Source: Candidatus Omnitrophota bacterium (GTDB lineage Bacteria > Omnitrophota > Gorgyraeia > Zapsychrales > Fredricksoniimonadaceae). Taken from it: a stretch of DNA of 64,000 nt. Position numbers and translations under genes: made by a program. The stretch spans positions 15,221 to 79,220 of the forward strand of contig JADFXX010000007.1 of assembly GCA_015233335.1 (NCBI GenBank), in the 5' to 3' direction. Below the pieces are notes generated by a model. The model saw only the letters and a list, made by a program, of their open reading frames with translations. It did no database searches and was not told where the DNA came from. Below, one piece after another: positions 47,010 through 57,959 of the stretch (within the stretch, counting starts at the first letter, position 1; the number at the start of each line of letters is the position of its first letter).

Positions 47010-50000
47010 TTACTGATCTTGAATCCCTAAAAATCCGTGCAGGTCTGTCATAGGCTGGATATTAACAATCACCGGCATAAAGCCGGTGGCGTGTTGAAGC
47101 TCTTTTAGCATAGAGGAATCGGTCCTGAACTTAAATTTTTCACCAAAATCTTGCGTCTGCAATTTCATATAAGCAGAGGTCAAATCAATACCGCCAGTAT
47201 TAACTTTGTTTTTTTCTGCTTCAGCATTCCCTTTAATAAATTTTTCTCTTAGCTCAGGCCTTGATCCGACAATCTGAATGGCAAATTCTTCTGCTTTGAC
47301 CCGAACATTTCTTCTGTACTTTTCAACCGCCATGGCCCCTTTTTTCACCATTTCTGCTCTTTCATCTGGAGCATTCATTAATCTTTCTAAAATTTTCCTA
47401 CTAAAAACCTGCGCGGCACCGATTTGAACTAATGCATCTTTTACTTCTTGATTAAATTTCCAGTCACCCTCAAAATACAAGACTGGTGTTTGTTGACTAG
47501 CCGGTTCGAAAATATTCCTGTCACTTCCAATTACAGCGACATTACCAAGACCATACATTTTAAGAAGCTCTCCATCAGTATTAAGGATAAGAACATTACT
47601 GCCCTCTACTTTTGAATCTGACCAAGGCATGTTATCATCACTGCGAACAACGATCGATTGACCGGAAAGATTACTCAATATTGGTAAATCATTTTTTAAA
47701 GTCTTTGCGTCTCTCTTTTGCCTAAAACCGATAATAAGCAGTGGACGCTCTTCTGGCCTTGTCCGGCGCATTACTTCTTGTGTTTGGATTTTTCCATATA
47801 AAGAGTTATAAACTTTCATAAATGCGGGAAATTCTTCTCTTTCTTCAGGAGAGCCCAGCACAATTACTTTTCTATCAGGAGTTATCCCTAAAGACTCTCT
47901 TATTCCTTGAACATCTTCTTGGGAAGCCCTTACCGGAAGATTAAATTTAAATGGCGTATAAGGCAATGATACGGACAAGGGATTTTTAGGAGATTCCATT
48001 ACAATATCCCCGAGATCATGAAACTCTACTGAAATAGCACCTTTTTCGCTATATTCCTCGAATGCCTGTATCCTGAAATTTGGAAAAAATTTTCTAGCCT
48101 TAACCAAATCAATCTCCTTATCGTATAATATGACCACCCTGTCTTTATTTAAACCTAATGCCCTGATTAACCCCCAAGCAGCATTAACAGCAGCGATTTC
48201 ATGTATTTTTATAGCCAATGTTACTGAATGAGAAGTGATCATTGTTGTAAATCTTTGTTTTAATCGTGATAGAAACACATCAGGAGTATGCAGTAAATTT
48301 AAAGAATCTTTGATCAAATCTTTCTCTAATGAATTTTCACTCTCTTTCTGAGTTTGATAGCTATGATCAGAGGCAAGGCCTCGTGCAAAAAGATCAAAGA
48401 TACGAAACAGCTCCTCTAATTGCCCCACACTCCAATTAGGCACTTCATAGGCTCTTTCGGGATTATCTTTTAATAGGGCAAAAAATTTTAGAAAATAATC
48501 CAACCCAACACCGGGAAGCTGTTTTCCATAAACCTCCCTGAATACAGTTTGAATTTCTTCATCCAAAAGCTTATCCTCTTTGGGAGTAAAGTTGCGAACT
48601 ATGCCTTGATTTGAAACGATAACTTGGGAGGATCTAGCTCTCTTCGACTTTGCGCCACGACTACGATCAAAAACCACTGGCACCTTCGCATCATTTAAAG
48701 CTATTCTAACATCTTCTTGAGTTGCAAAGCCTGCGTCAACAAGACCATTTAAGCCCTCAACACATGCTTTGCTCACAGGACTATTTTCATCCCTTCTAGT
48801 CAAACCACGGACAAAGGCTCCTAAAACATTATGCTCTTTCACGTCTTCTTCATTAACTAAGCCGGCCGCAATCAGATAATTAAGGCTCTGGACATTGGCC
48901 AAGCTCACCTCCGAAGATGTCCCGCCAATACCACGCACAAGAACCTCTGACACCTGCCTATCCTGCAACTCTTTTATAATCTCTGCTTTTGTAGCAAACC
49001 CTTTGATCATAAGGCTATTGAGGCCGTCGGCATTGGCATGACTTATCGCACGATTTTCATGCATAAGGCCGCTCACATATTTCTTTAACATCTCATATTT
49101 TCTTATGTCTTCCCCAGAAACTACACCGGCTGTAATGAGGCTATTAAGCGCTTGTGTATTATCACGCCTTACCGGATTACTATTAACATCACTAAGACCA
49201 TGAACAAGAATATCAAGGATCTGATCTGTTATTTTTACTTCTTCCTTAGAAACACGTCCCGTGGCAATAAAATTCTTAATGTTCTCAGCATTTTCTAATC
49301 TTACAGCACTATTTTTATTCCCCAGAGCATCTACAAAAGTTTTTAAAGAATTGCGATCCGAGACTTCTGTTATTTTATTTTTCAATCTCTCTATTGAGAT
49401 GCTTTTGAACCATTTTTCAAATCGTTGATAATTATCGGGATTTGCTGGCCCTGTATCGCCTTCTAAAGGTTTCACCCCCACGGGCAGAGTATTTTCCGTG
49501 GCAACAATTAACGAGGAAGAACCTTGAGGAGGGACCTCTGTCATCTTGATCAAACCTTTCGTCCCCAAAGCAGTATCACCGAACATCGCAGCATCAAAAT
49601 TAACTCCACCCGAAAAGTATTTCCTGGGAATAACCTCCTGGGTCAATGGGTCTTGTTCTTCCTTGATATAATTATAAACCCCCTTTTTAAAGGCCTTTAA
49701 ATACAGCTGATAAATCTTCTCTTTTTCCAGCGGGTCATCAATATTAACGCCAGCAACCTTGTTTTGATCGGCATACACCTGCCCTAAGATGCTATCCTTG
49801 ATCTTCTTCTTATACCAGGTGGCAAGAATAAGGGAATTATACACCTGCCTTAACTGAGAAAAATTCTTGCCTTCGTTGACTTCTTTATTCAATTCTGGAA
49901 TGACGACTTCACGGATGATCTGTGAACCAAGGGCATTAACGTCATTTGTCGATTGGCTGTTAACCTGGGTTGCTTTCAGTTGCAGTCCTTCATTGATTGG

Positions 50001-50720
50001 CGTCTGGCTTTTCTTCAAGGATAAATAATCCTGCTCCAACATAACCTTTAACTTGCTTTCTTTCACATATGCCGTCCCTGCTTTGGGATTTTCATAAACC
50101 ACAGCTGTCTGTGGCACTATCCAGACCTTATTAAAAGTGTTAACAGGGATGTTCGTGGTCCCATATTTCTTGCTTGCCTCATCATAAACACGCCTCCAAA
50201 ATCTTTTTCCTACCTTATCTTCAGGAAAAACCAAACTAGCTGTAATTTGCTTTAACATATAATCTTCAGCTAACACGTCTCGCCCCATTTGGGTTAAACC
50301 AAAACTCGTTGGAATGATCCTGTCGTTCTCATACGGAGACAAATTCACCCATAAATCTTTTTCGGGAATAGTTAAGGAAGCAAGGAAGTATTTGACAAGC
50401 TTGGTGGTTTCGTTCTTTAATGCGATAGGGTTTTGTCCCTGGGTTAGAGCCAAATCCCCCTTGTCTAAAATAAAATCAAAACGAAAAGGATTGTTGGGAT
50501 AAACCTTGATACCTTTAAGAATAAGCGGATTAAATTCAGGACTAAGATTAACCCTAACTCCCGGGGCAGGCAAATTAATATCTCCTCCTGCCAAAGAAGC
50601 AGGCTGGGCTTGAATTAAAGGGATATTAAGGCTTGTAATAAAAAAACAGCATATAACCAAAAAGGTGATCACACGCTTAAAATCTGTTAATTTTATGGGG
50701 TTTGACATGCTCTTAATCAA
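47010..50720 (-). CDS. 1236-aa exported multidomain protein: signal peptide, unknown N-domain, 5 x ~44-aa helical repeats, GT30 (Kdo-transferase)-like domain, C-terminal GGIDL tail
   Basis: Single uninterrupted ORF. The N-terminus has K/R residues, a hydrophobic core and IQA-QP. Domain evidence is given in findings. Confidence 0.7.
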   Translation of the reverse strand: MIKSMSNPIKLTDFKRVITFLVICCFFITSLNIPLIQAQPASLAGGDINLPAPGVRVNLSPEFNPLILKGIKVYPNNPFRFDFILDKGDLALTQGQNPIALKNETTKLVKYFLASLTIPEKDLWVNLSPYENDRIIPTSFGLTQMGRDVLAEDYMLKQITASLVFPEDKVGKRFWRRVYDEASKKYGTTNIPVNTFNKVWIVPQTAVVYENPKAGTAYVKESKLKVMLEQDYLSLKKSQTPINEGLQLKATQVNSQSTNDVNALGSQIIREVVIPELNKEVNEGKNFSQLRQVYNSLILATWYKKKIKDSILGQVYADQNKVAGVNIDDPLEKEKIYQLYLKAFKKGVYNYIKEEQDPLTQEVIPRKYFSGGVNFDAAMFGDTALGTKGLIKMTEVPPQGSSSLIVATENTLPVGVKPLEGDTGPANPDNYQRFEKWFKSISIERLKNKITEVSDRNSLKTFVDALGNKNSAVRLENAENIKNFIATGRVSKEEVKITDQILDILVHGLSDVNSNPVRRDNTQALNSLITAGVVSGEDIRKYEMLKKYVSGLMHENRAISHANADGLNSLMIKGFATKAEIIKELQDRQVSEVLVRGIGGTSSEVSLANVQSLNYLIAAGLVNEEDVKEHNVLGAFVRGLTRRDENSPVSKACVEGLNGLVDAGFATQEDVRIALNDAKVPVVFDRSRGAKSKRARSSQVIVSNQGIVRNFTPKEDKLLDEEIQTVFREVYGKQLPGVGLDYFLKFFALLKDNPERAYEVPNWSVGQLEELFRIFDLFARGLASDHSYQTQKESENSLEKDLIKDSLNLLHTPDVFLSRLKQRFTTMITSHSVTLAIKIHEIAAVNAAWGLIRALGLNKDRVVILYDKEIDLVKARKFFPNFRIQAFEEYSEKGAISVEFHDLGDIVMESPKNPLSVSLPYTPFKFNLPVRASQEDVQGIRESLGITPDRKVIVLGSPEEREEFPAFMKVYNSLYGKIQTQEVMRRTRPEERPLLIIGFRQKRDAKTLKNDLPILSNLSGQSIVVRSDDNMPWSDSKVEGSNVLILNTDGELLKMYGLGNVAVIGSDRNIFEPASQQTPVLYFEGDWKFNQEVKDALVQIGAAQVFSRKILERLMNAPDERAEMVKKGAMAVEKYRRNVRVKAEEFAIQIVGSRPELREKFIKGNAEAEKNKVNTGGIDLTSAYMKLQTQDFGEKFKFRTDSSMLKELQHATGFMPVIVNIQPMTDLHGFLGIQDQ
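48702..49346 (-). repeat. Five tandem ~44-aa protein repeats (period 42-46 aa) inside the 1236-aa ORF
   Basis: Recurrent core (L/I)N(S/G/Y)L(I/M/V)x(A/K/T)G(F/V/L)(A/V)xxE(D/E)(I/V), anchored at aa 481, 525, 567, 613 and 657. Confidence 0.7.
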
Positions 50721-50851
50721 TAAGATCCTTTCATATAAAGTATGTCCTATAAATAACTAAAATTCAAGTTCATATAGAAACTAAATAATCTTTAATTTAT
50801 ATGTAAAATTGATCTTTACGCTAAATCATTTATTTAAATTTAAAAAAAAGG

Positions 50852-50880
50852 TTGCGACGTAAAACGGCCAGATGTAGGAT
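50852..50880 (+). promoter_or_regulatory. Sigma70-like promoter 8 nt upstream of the ATG (possible leaderless transcript)
   Basis: TTGCGA (50852-50857), a 17-nt spacer, TAGGAT (50875-50880), with an A8 tract just upstream (50842-50849). ATG at 50889 with no Shine-Dalgarno. Confidence 0.4.
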
Positions 50881-50888
50881 ATAAGCCC

Positions 50889-52427
50889 ATGAAGGTCACT
50901 ATCCTTAACCCCTCATTCGGTAATGATTTTGTTCGAGTGGCCCGTTGGGCTGCCAAGTCACGCGGGCGCGTTCAACGCCACCCTGAATATTTGCTTACAG
51001 CCGCACAAGTTCTTATCGATGCCGGCCACGACACCCATTTTATAGAAGCAGCCGCACGTAACTTTACCAAAGAAGAATCGATCCAGACAACTGTCAATCT
51101 CAAGCCTGAATTGTTGGTCATGCATGTGACCACTCCTTCGATTTATTCAGACATTGAACAGGCCCGTACCATTAAAGATAAAACCAACTGCAAGGTTGCT
51201 TTTGTCGGCCAGCATGCCACCGCTGAAGTAGACAATACTTTTGAGATCGGACGAGGGGTCATCGATTATATTTTGCCTCGTGAATACGACTATACTTTGC
51301 GTGATTTAGCAAACGGCGTTGCCAATGATAAAAATTTGGGGCTTTGCTGGTTCGCTGACGGGAAGGTCAAAAAAAACATGCCCCGGCCTGATATCGATGT
51401 CAATCTTCTGCCTTTTCCCGCCTGGCAATTGATCGAACCTGAATGGTACCCTGACGGCGGAAAGAAATTCCCTTTTTTGACTCTTATTACCGGTCGCGGC
51501 TGTAATAATGCCTGCACCTTCTGTCGTGATCCCCAATTAATGTACGGTTATAAATTACGAAGCCGAAGAGCCGATCTGGTTGTCGCAGAAATGGAACATG
51601 ATTTAAAACTCCATCCGCAAATCCGTGAGATCATGTTTGAAACTGACACTTTTGCCGCAGACCGTCAGCATGTCATGGATGTCTGCAAATTAATCATTGA
51701 AAAAGGCCTTAATAAACGCGTCAGCTGGTCATGCAATATGCGCGTCAATACGGACTTAAGCCTCCTGCCTTTAATGCGCCAAGCCGGCTGCCGTATGCTG
51801 ATGACTGGTTTCGAGTTTGGTACCGATGAAAATTTACGCGTTATCCGTAAAGGCGGCGTTTCTATTGATATGGCCCGCGCCTATTCCAAGGAAGCACACC
51901 GTTTGGGATTCACCATTCATGGCTGTTTTATGTTTGGTGCTCCGGGAGAAACCAGGGAAAGTGCCCGTAAAACCATTGATTTTGCTAAATCCATGCCTTT
52001 GGACACTATTCAGTTTACCGGCATAGCCTGTTATCCGGGCACGTCACTGTATAGATGGGCCAAAGAAAATAATTATATATTAGCCCAAAACTGGAAAGAT
52101 TGGTTGACCCAGGCCGGAGAACAGCGCACCCTTCTTTCTTACCCGCAATTTTCCCATAAAGATATCGATGAGCATATTGACATCGGTCTTAAAGAATTTT
52201 ATTTGCGCCCTAAACAGATTTGGAACATGCTCATTTCGATCAATTCTTTGGGAGATCTCCTGCGGAAATTGCACGGATTTAAAGCCTTTGTACATTATTT
52301 TGCACAAAAAATGCTAAGAAGCCTTCAAGGGAAAAAAACAGATAAAAAATTAACTGTAAGATTTCTAAACCGCACGGTACGCCAACGCTCTCAAAAAAAT
52401 ATCCCTGTATTGACACCTGTGCATTGA
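50889..52427 (+). CDS. B12-binding-domain radical SAM enzyme (class B)
   Basis: An N-terminal Rossmann-like B12 domain, then TGRGCNNACTFC (CxxxCxxC). The 512-aa product has a basic C-terminal tail. Confidence 0.75.
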   Translation: MKVTILNPSFGNDFVRVARWAAKSRGRVQRHPEYLLTAAQVLIDAGHDTHFIEAAARNFTKEESIQTTVNLKPELLVMHVTTPSIYSDIEQARTIKDKTNCKVAFVGQHATAEVDNTFEIGRGVIDYILPREYDYTLRDLANGVANDKNLGLCWFADGKVKKNMPRPDIDVNLLPFPAWQLIEPEWYPDGGKKFPFLTLITGRGCNNACTFCRDPQLMYGYKLRSRRADLVVAEMEHDLKLHPQIREIMFETDTFAADRQHVMDVCKLIIEKGLNKRVSWSCNMRVNTDLSLLPLMRQAGCRMLMTGFEFGTDENLRVIRKGGVSIDMARAYSKEAHRLGFTIHGCFMFGAPGETRESARKTIDFAKSMPLDTIQFTGIACYPGTSLYRWAKENNYILAQNWKDWLTQAGEQRTLLSYPQFSHKDIDEHIDIGLKEFYLRPKQIWNMLISINSLGDLLRKLHGFKAFVHYFAQKMLRSLQGKKTDKKLTVRFLNRTVRQRSQKNIPVLTPVH

Positions 52428-52480
52428 TTTGCTATATTTATCCTCTATAAACTTATATTAATTACCAGAAGGAGATTTCT

Positions 52481-52762
52481 ATGGCACACATTGTTGCCCA
52501 ACCCTGCGTCAAATGTAAATATACTGACTGTGTCACCGTTTGTCCTGTGGATTGTTTTCACGAAGATGCAGAAATGCTTGTGATTGATCCCGAGGTATGT
52601 ATCGATTGCGGTGCCTGTATTCCTGAATGTCCGGTACAAGCTATCTTTGCAGATGCCGATCTTCCAGAACAATACAAGAGTTTCATTGCGTTAAACGCCA
52701 GCAAAGCCAAAGAATTACCGGTCTTGACACAAAAGAAAACTCCTCTGGCACCGCCTAAATAA
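52481..52762 (+). CDS. fdxA: 7Fe-type ferredoxin (FdxA-like)
   Basis: [18 protein letters not shown]...[12 protein letters not shown]. An AGGAGA Shine-Dalgarno lies upstream. Confidence 0.85.
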   Translation: MAHIVAQPCVKCKYTDCVTVCPVDCFHEDAEMLVIDPEVCIDCGACIPECPVQAIFADADLPEQYKSFIALNASKAKELPVLTQKKTPLAPPK

Positions 52763-52780
52763 ATCCTAAAAAGGTGTGCC

Positions 52781-53278
52781 GTGAAGCAGATTAAGAATGT
52801 CTGGGATTTAGGACGATTCTGTCTTGCCTATTCAATGGCAGTCTGTGGAGCCTTTCTTTTGTGCAGGTTACTCTGCCACTCCATCGGAATAAAAGCTCAA
52901 TCACCTATCTGGATCAGAACCTGTTTCTATTTGCCATTTGTCCTATTCGGGTATTTTCTGGGTTCGATGATATTTAAAGTCTTCTTACGACTTCGCCCCA
53001 AATGTAAAAATGAATGGGATTTTTGGATGATCATGCTTAGTTTTTCTTTGGCAGGCATGGTCATCATGCCTGTACGCAAATTTATTTTTCACATGGTTGG
53101 CATTACCCCTCAAACACCTTTATGGATCACGGTCCCCGTCTATATCGCTCTTATCCCCCCCACCTATTATGTGGGGCTGATAATCTTCGGGACCCTGTTA
53201 GGCCAATTTACTTTTTTTTGGGGTTTTATATCCAAAAGACTGCAATTCTTAACAGGCAGGAAAAAAATAACGAATTAA
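52781..53278 (+). CDS. Small 4-TM membrane protein with internal two-fold repeat
   Basis: GTG start. HSIGIKAQSPIWIRTCFYLPF... is repeated as HMVGITPQTPLWITVPVYIAL... Confidence 0.5.
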   Translation: MKQIKNVWDLGRFCLAYSMAVCGAFLLCRLLCHSIGIKAQSPIWIRTCFYLPFVLFGYFLGSMIFKVFLRLRPKCKNEWDFWMIMLSFSLAGMVIMPVRKFIFHMVGITPQTPLWITVPVYIALIPPTYYVGLIIFGTLLGQFTFFWGFISKRLQFLTGRKKITN

Positions 53279-53829
53279 CGCAGTAAAATATTATTGATAC
53301 CGAAAACATACCACAAATTTGCAGCAATATGATGACCCTGCTTTATTTGGTCTAACAGAAATTCTTTAGCCTCCGCAAGACTCACCAGACAAACCTGAAT
53401 ATCTTCAGCATCTTCAAGTTCTTGGACGGGAGTTTGATTAGCAGGCAACTGTTCATCCACCTCAACATAAACGATCCGGGCATTATCATTGATAAGAGAT
53501 GCTCCTGTTTTGAGGACAGGGCTTACATCGACAATGGTACCAATATAGCCGGTCTCTTCTTTAAGTTCAACCAAAGCATGATTAGGGTCGTTAAATCCTA
53601 AACCTGCCGGAAAAGCAATGATATACCCATCAATGGCCGGACGGTATTGCTTGATGAGAATAAACCTTTTGGAAGGCATTAGCCTCGCAACGATGACAAC
53701 CCCCACGGTTGAACGTCTGCGATGGACCGTCTCCCAGGTAAGTTTTTGACCTTTATTATTTTGATAAATCGTTTCATGGACCGATAGCCATTCTCCTTCG
53801 TATAAAATTTTTTCGTCAATTTTTTTCAT
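53275..53829 (-). CDS. NUDIX hydrolase (ADP-ribose pyrophosphatase-like)
   Basis: Nudix box GLGFNDPNHALVELKEETGYIG. Confidence 0.75.
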   Translation of the reverse strand: MKKIDEKILYEGEWLSVHETIYQNNKGQKLTWETVHRRRSTVGVVIVARLMPSKRFILIKQYRPAIDGYIIAFPAGLGFNDPNHALVELKEETGYIGTIVDVSPVLKTGASLINDNARIVYVEVDEQLPANQTPVQELEDAEDIQVCLVSLAEAKEFLLDQIKQGHHIAANLWYVFGINNILLR

Positions 53830-54086
53830 GATACAGGTGTCACTTCATCTGCGAGAAGAACAACATCATGTTGCGGTGTGACCTCTAAAATACCACTGCT
53901 GATAACATAAGCTGTAACCTGTTCGCCTCTACGGATTCGAGCATGGCCTGATTTTAAGACCGAGATCAGGGGTGTGTGCTGGCTATAGACTTCAAAGCCG
54001 CCTTCAATTCCCGGAATAGACACAGAATCAACGGTATCATCAAAGACCCTGCCATCAGGAGAAACTATGGATAGTTGAAAACTCAT
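53826..54086 (-). CDS. atpC: F1 ATP synthase epsilon subunit, beta-sandwich domain only (86 aa)
   Basis: LSIVSPDGRVFDD...SIPGIEGGFEVYSQHTPLIS. It lies immediately downstream of atpD. Confidence 0.85.
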   Translation of the reverse strand: MSFQLSIVSPDGRVFDDTVDSVSIPGIEGGFEVYSQHTPLISVLKSGHARIRRGEQVTAYVISSGILEVTPQHDVVLLADEVTPVS

Positions 54087-54090
54087 AATT

Positions 54091-56389
<2,299 letters not shown>

Positions 56390-56427
56390 ATTTTCTTAAG
56401 ATTCTTAGGCCTTTAGCATGAGAGTCC

Positions 56428-57942
56428 TCATGCTTTAAAGGTAGATTTGACCTCTTCAAGCATTTTTTTCAAAAGAGCCTTTATTTCATCAGTCATGGCC
56501 AAGGTATTATTAAAAATTCTTACAAATTCAACATATTGGCTGTCCATCTGGGCAGACAAATAGTCTTCAAAATCGCGCACACGGTTAACCGGAATATCAT
56601 CAAGATAACCATTGGTCCCGGCAAAAATAATAGCCACCTGTTTAACGACCGGCATCGGTACGTGAATACCCTGTTTAATGACTTCCATCAAGCGCTTTCC
56701 GCGATCCAGCTGTTTACGGGTCGCTTGATCCAAATCAGAAGCAAATTGTGAAAAAGCCGCAAGCTCCCTGTATTGGGCCAGATCCAAACGCAGAGAGCCG
56801 GCTGTTTGTTTCATGGCTTTGACCTGAGCATCGCCTCCGACACGGGAAACTGAAATCCCGGGATTAATAGCAGGACGCTGACCAGCATTAAAAAGATCGC
56901 CTTCCAGGAATATTTGTCCGTCGGTAATGGAGATAACATTGGTCGGAATATATGCGGAGACATCAGACGCCTGAGTTTCGATAATAGGCAATGCTGTCAG
57001 ACTTCCGGCACCTTTTTTATCTGACAATTTGGCTGCGCGCTCAAGTAAACGGCTATGCAAATAAAAAATATCACCTGGATAAGCTTCACGGCCAGGGGGG
57101 CGGCGCAGCAATAGCGACAGTTGACGATAAGCCTGAGCTTGTTTCGTTAAGTCGTCGTAAATAATCAACGCGTGCTTACCATTGTCACGGTAATACTCTG
57201 CCATAGCGCAACCGGCGTAAGGCGCTAAAAATTGCATAGGTGCGGGATCCGAGGCAGTGGCCGCAACAATAGTCGTGTATTCCATAGCGCCAAACTTACG
57301 TAAAGTTTCGTAGACACCAACCACGGTCGATCTTTTTTGACCGATGGCTACATAAAAACAATACACGCCTTTACCTTTTTGATTAATGATCGTATCAATA
57401 GCCAAGGTCGTCTTTCCTGTTTTTCTGTCACCTATAATCAATTCCCTCTGTCCTCGGCCGATGGGTGTCAGGGCATCAATAACCTTAATCCCGGTTTGTA
57501 TAGGCTCATGTACATTCTTGCGGTCAATGATCCCGGGGGCTTTTACTTCAATCGGCTGCATGGAACGAGCCTCAAAGGCCGGCTTCCCGTCAACAGGAGC
57601 TCCCAGGGCATCCACAATGCGGCCTAACAGTCCCTCCCCTGCCGGGACAGAAGCGATGGTGCCGGTGCGTTTAACCTCATCACCCTCTTTGATATCAGAA
57701 TCCTTACCGAATATAGCGACCCCAACATTGCTGCTTTCCAAATTCAAAGCTATACCTTTAATGCCTCCGGAAAATTCCACTAACTCTCCCGCCATGACAT
57801 TGCTCAGGCCATAAACACGAGCAATACCGTCACCAACATTAAGGACAGTGCCGACCTCATAGGTTTCCACCTTACTGGTAAAATTGGCTAACTGCTTTTT
57901 GAGAATTGATGATATTTCATCGGGATCTAATTGTTGGGACAT
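56428..57942 (-). CDS. atpA: F1 ATP synthase alpha subunit
   Basis: GDRKTGKT Walker A. The start is taken at ATG 57942 ([12 protein letters not shown]), preceded by AAGGA; the ORF-track start at 57966 overlaps atpH. Confidence 0.95.
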   Translation of the reverse strand: MSQQLDPDEISSILKKQLANFTSKVETYEVGTVLNVGDGIARVYGLSNVMAGELVEFSGGIKGIALNLESSNVGVAIFGKDSDIKEGDEVKRTGTIASVPAGEGLLGRIVDALGAPVDGKPAFEARSMQPIEVKAPGIIDRKNVHEPIQTGIKVIDALTPIGRGQRELIIGDRKTGKTTLAIDTIINQKGKGVYCFYVAIGQKRSTVVGVYETLRKFGAMEYTTIVAATASDPAPMQFLAPYAGCAMAEYYRDNGKHALIIYDDLTKQAQAYRQLSLLLRRPPGREAYPGDIFYLHSRLLERAAKLSDKKGAGSLTALPIIETQASDVSAYIPTNVISITDGQIFLEGDLFNAGQRPAINPGISVSRVGGDAQVKAMKQTAGSLRLDLAQYRELAAFSQFASDLDQATRKQLDRGKRLMEVIKQGIHVPMPVVKQVAIIFAGTNGYLDDIPVNRVRDFEDYLSAQMDSQYVEFVRIFNNTLAMTDEIKALLKKMLEEVKSTFKA

Positions 57943-57959
57943 ATTATTCCTTTTGTTGG

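Noticed and set aside
50721-50888. A possible cobalamin riboswitch upstream of the B12-radical SAM gene.
   Set aside because: The 168-nt gap is extremely AT-rich and has no GC-rich helices or B12-box-like GCCACTG element. It reads as divergent promoter DNA. A covariance-model scan would settle the question.
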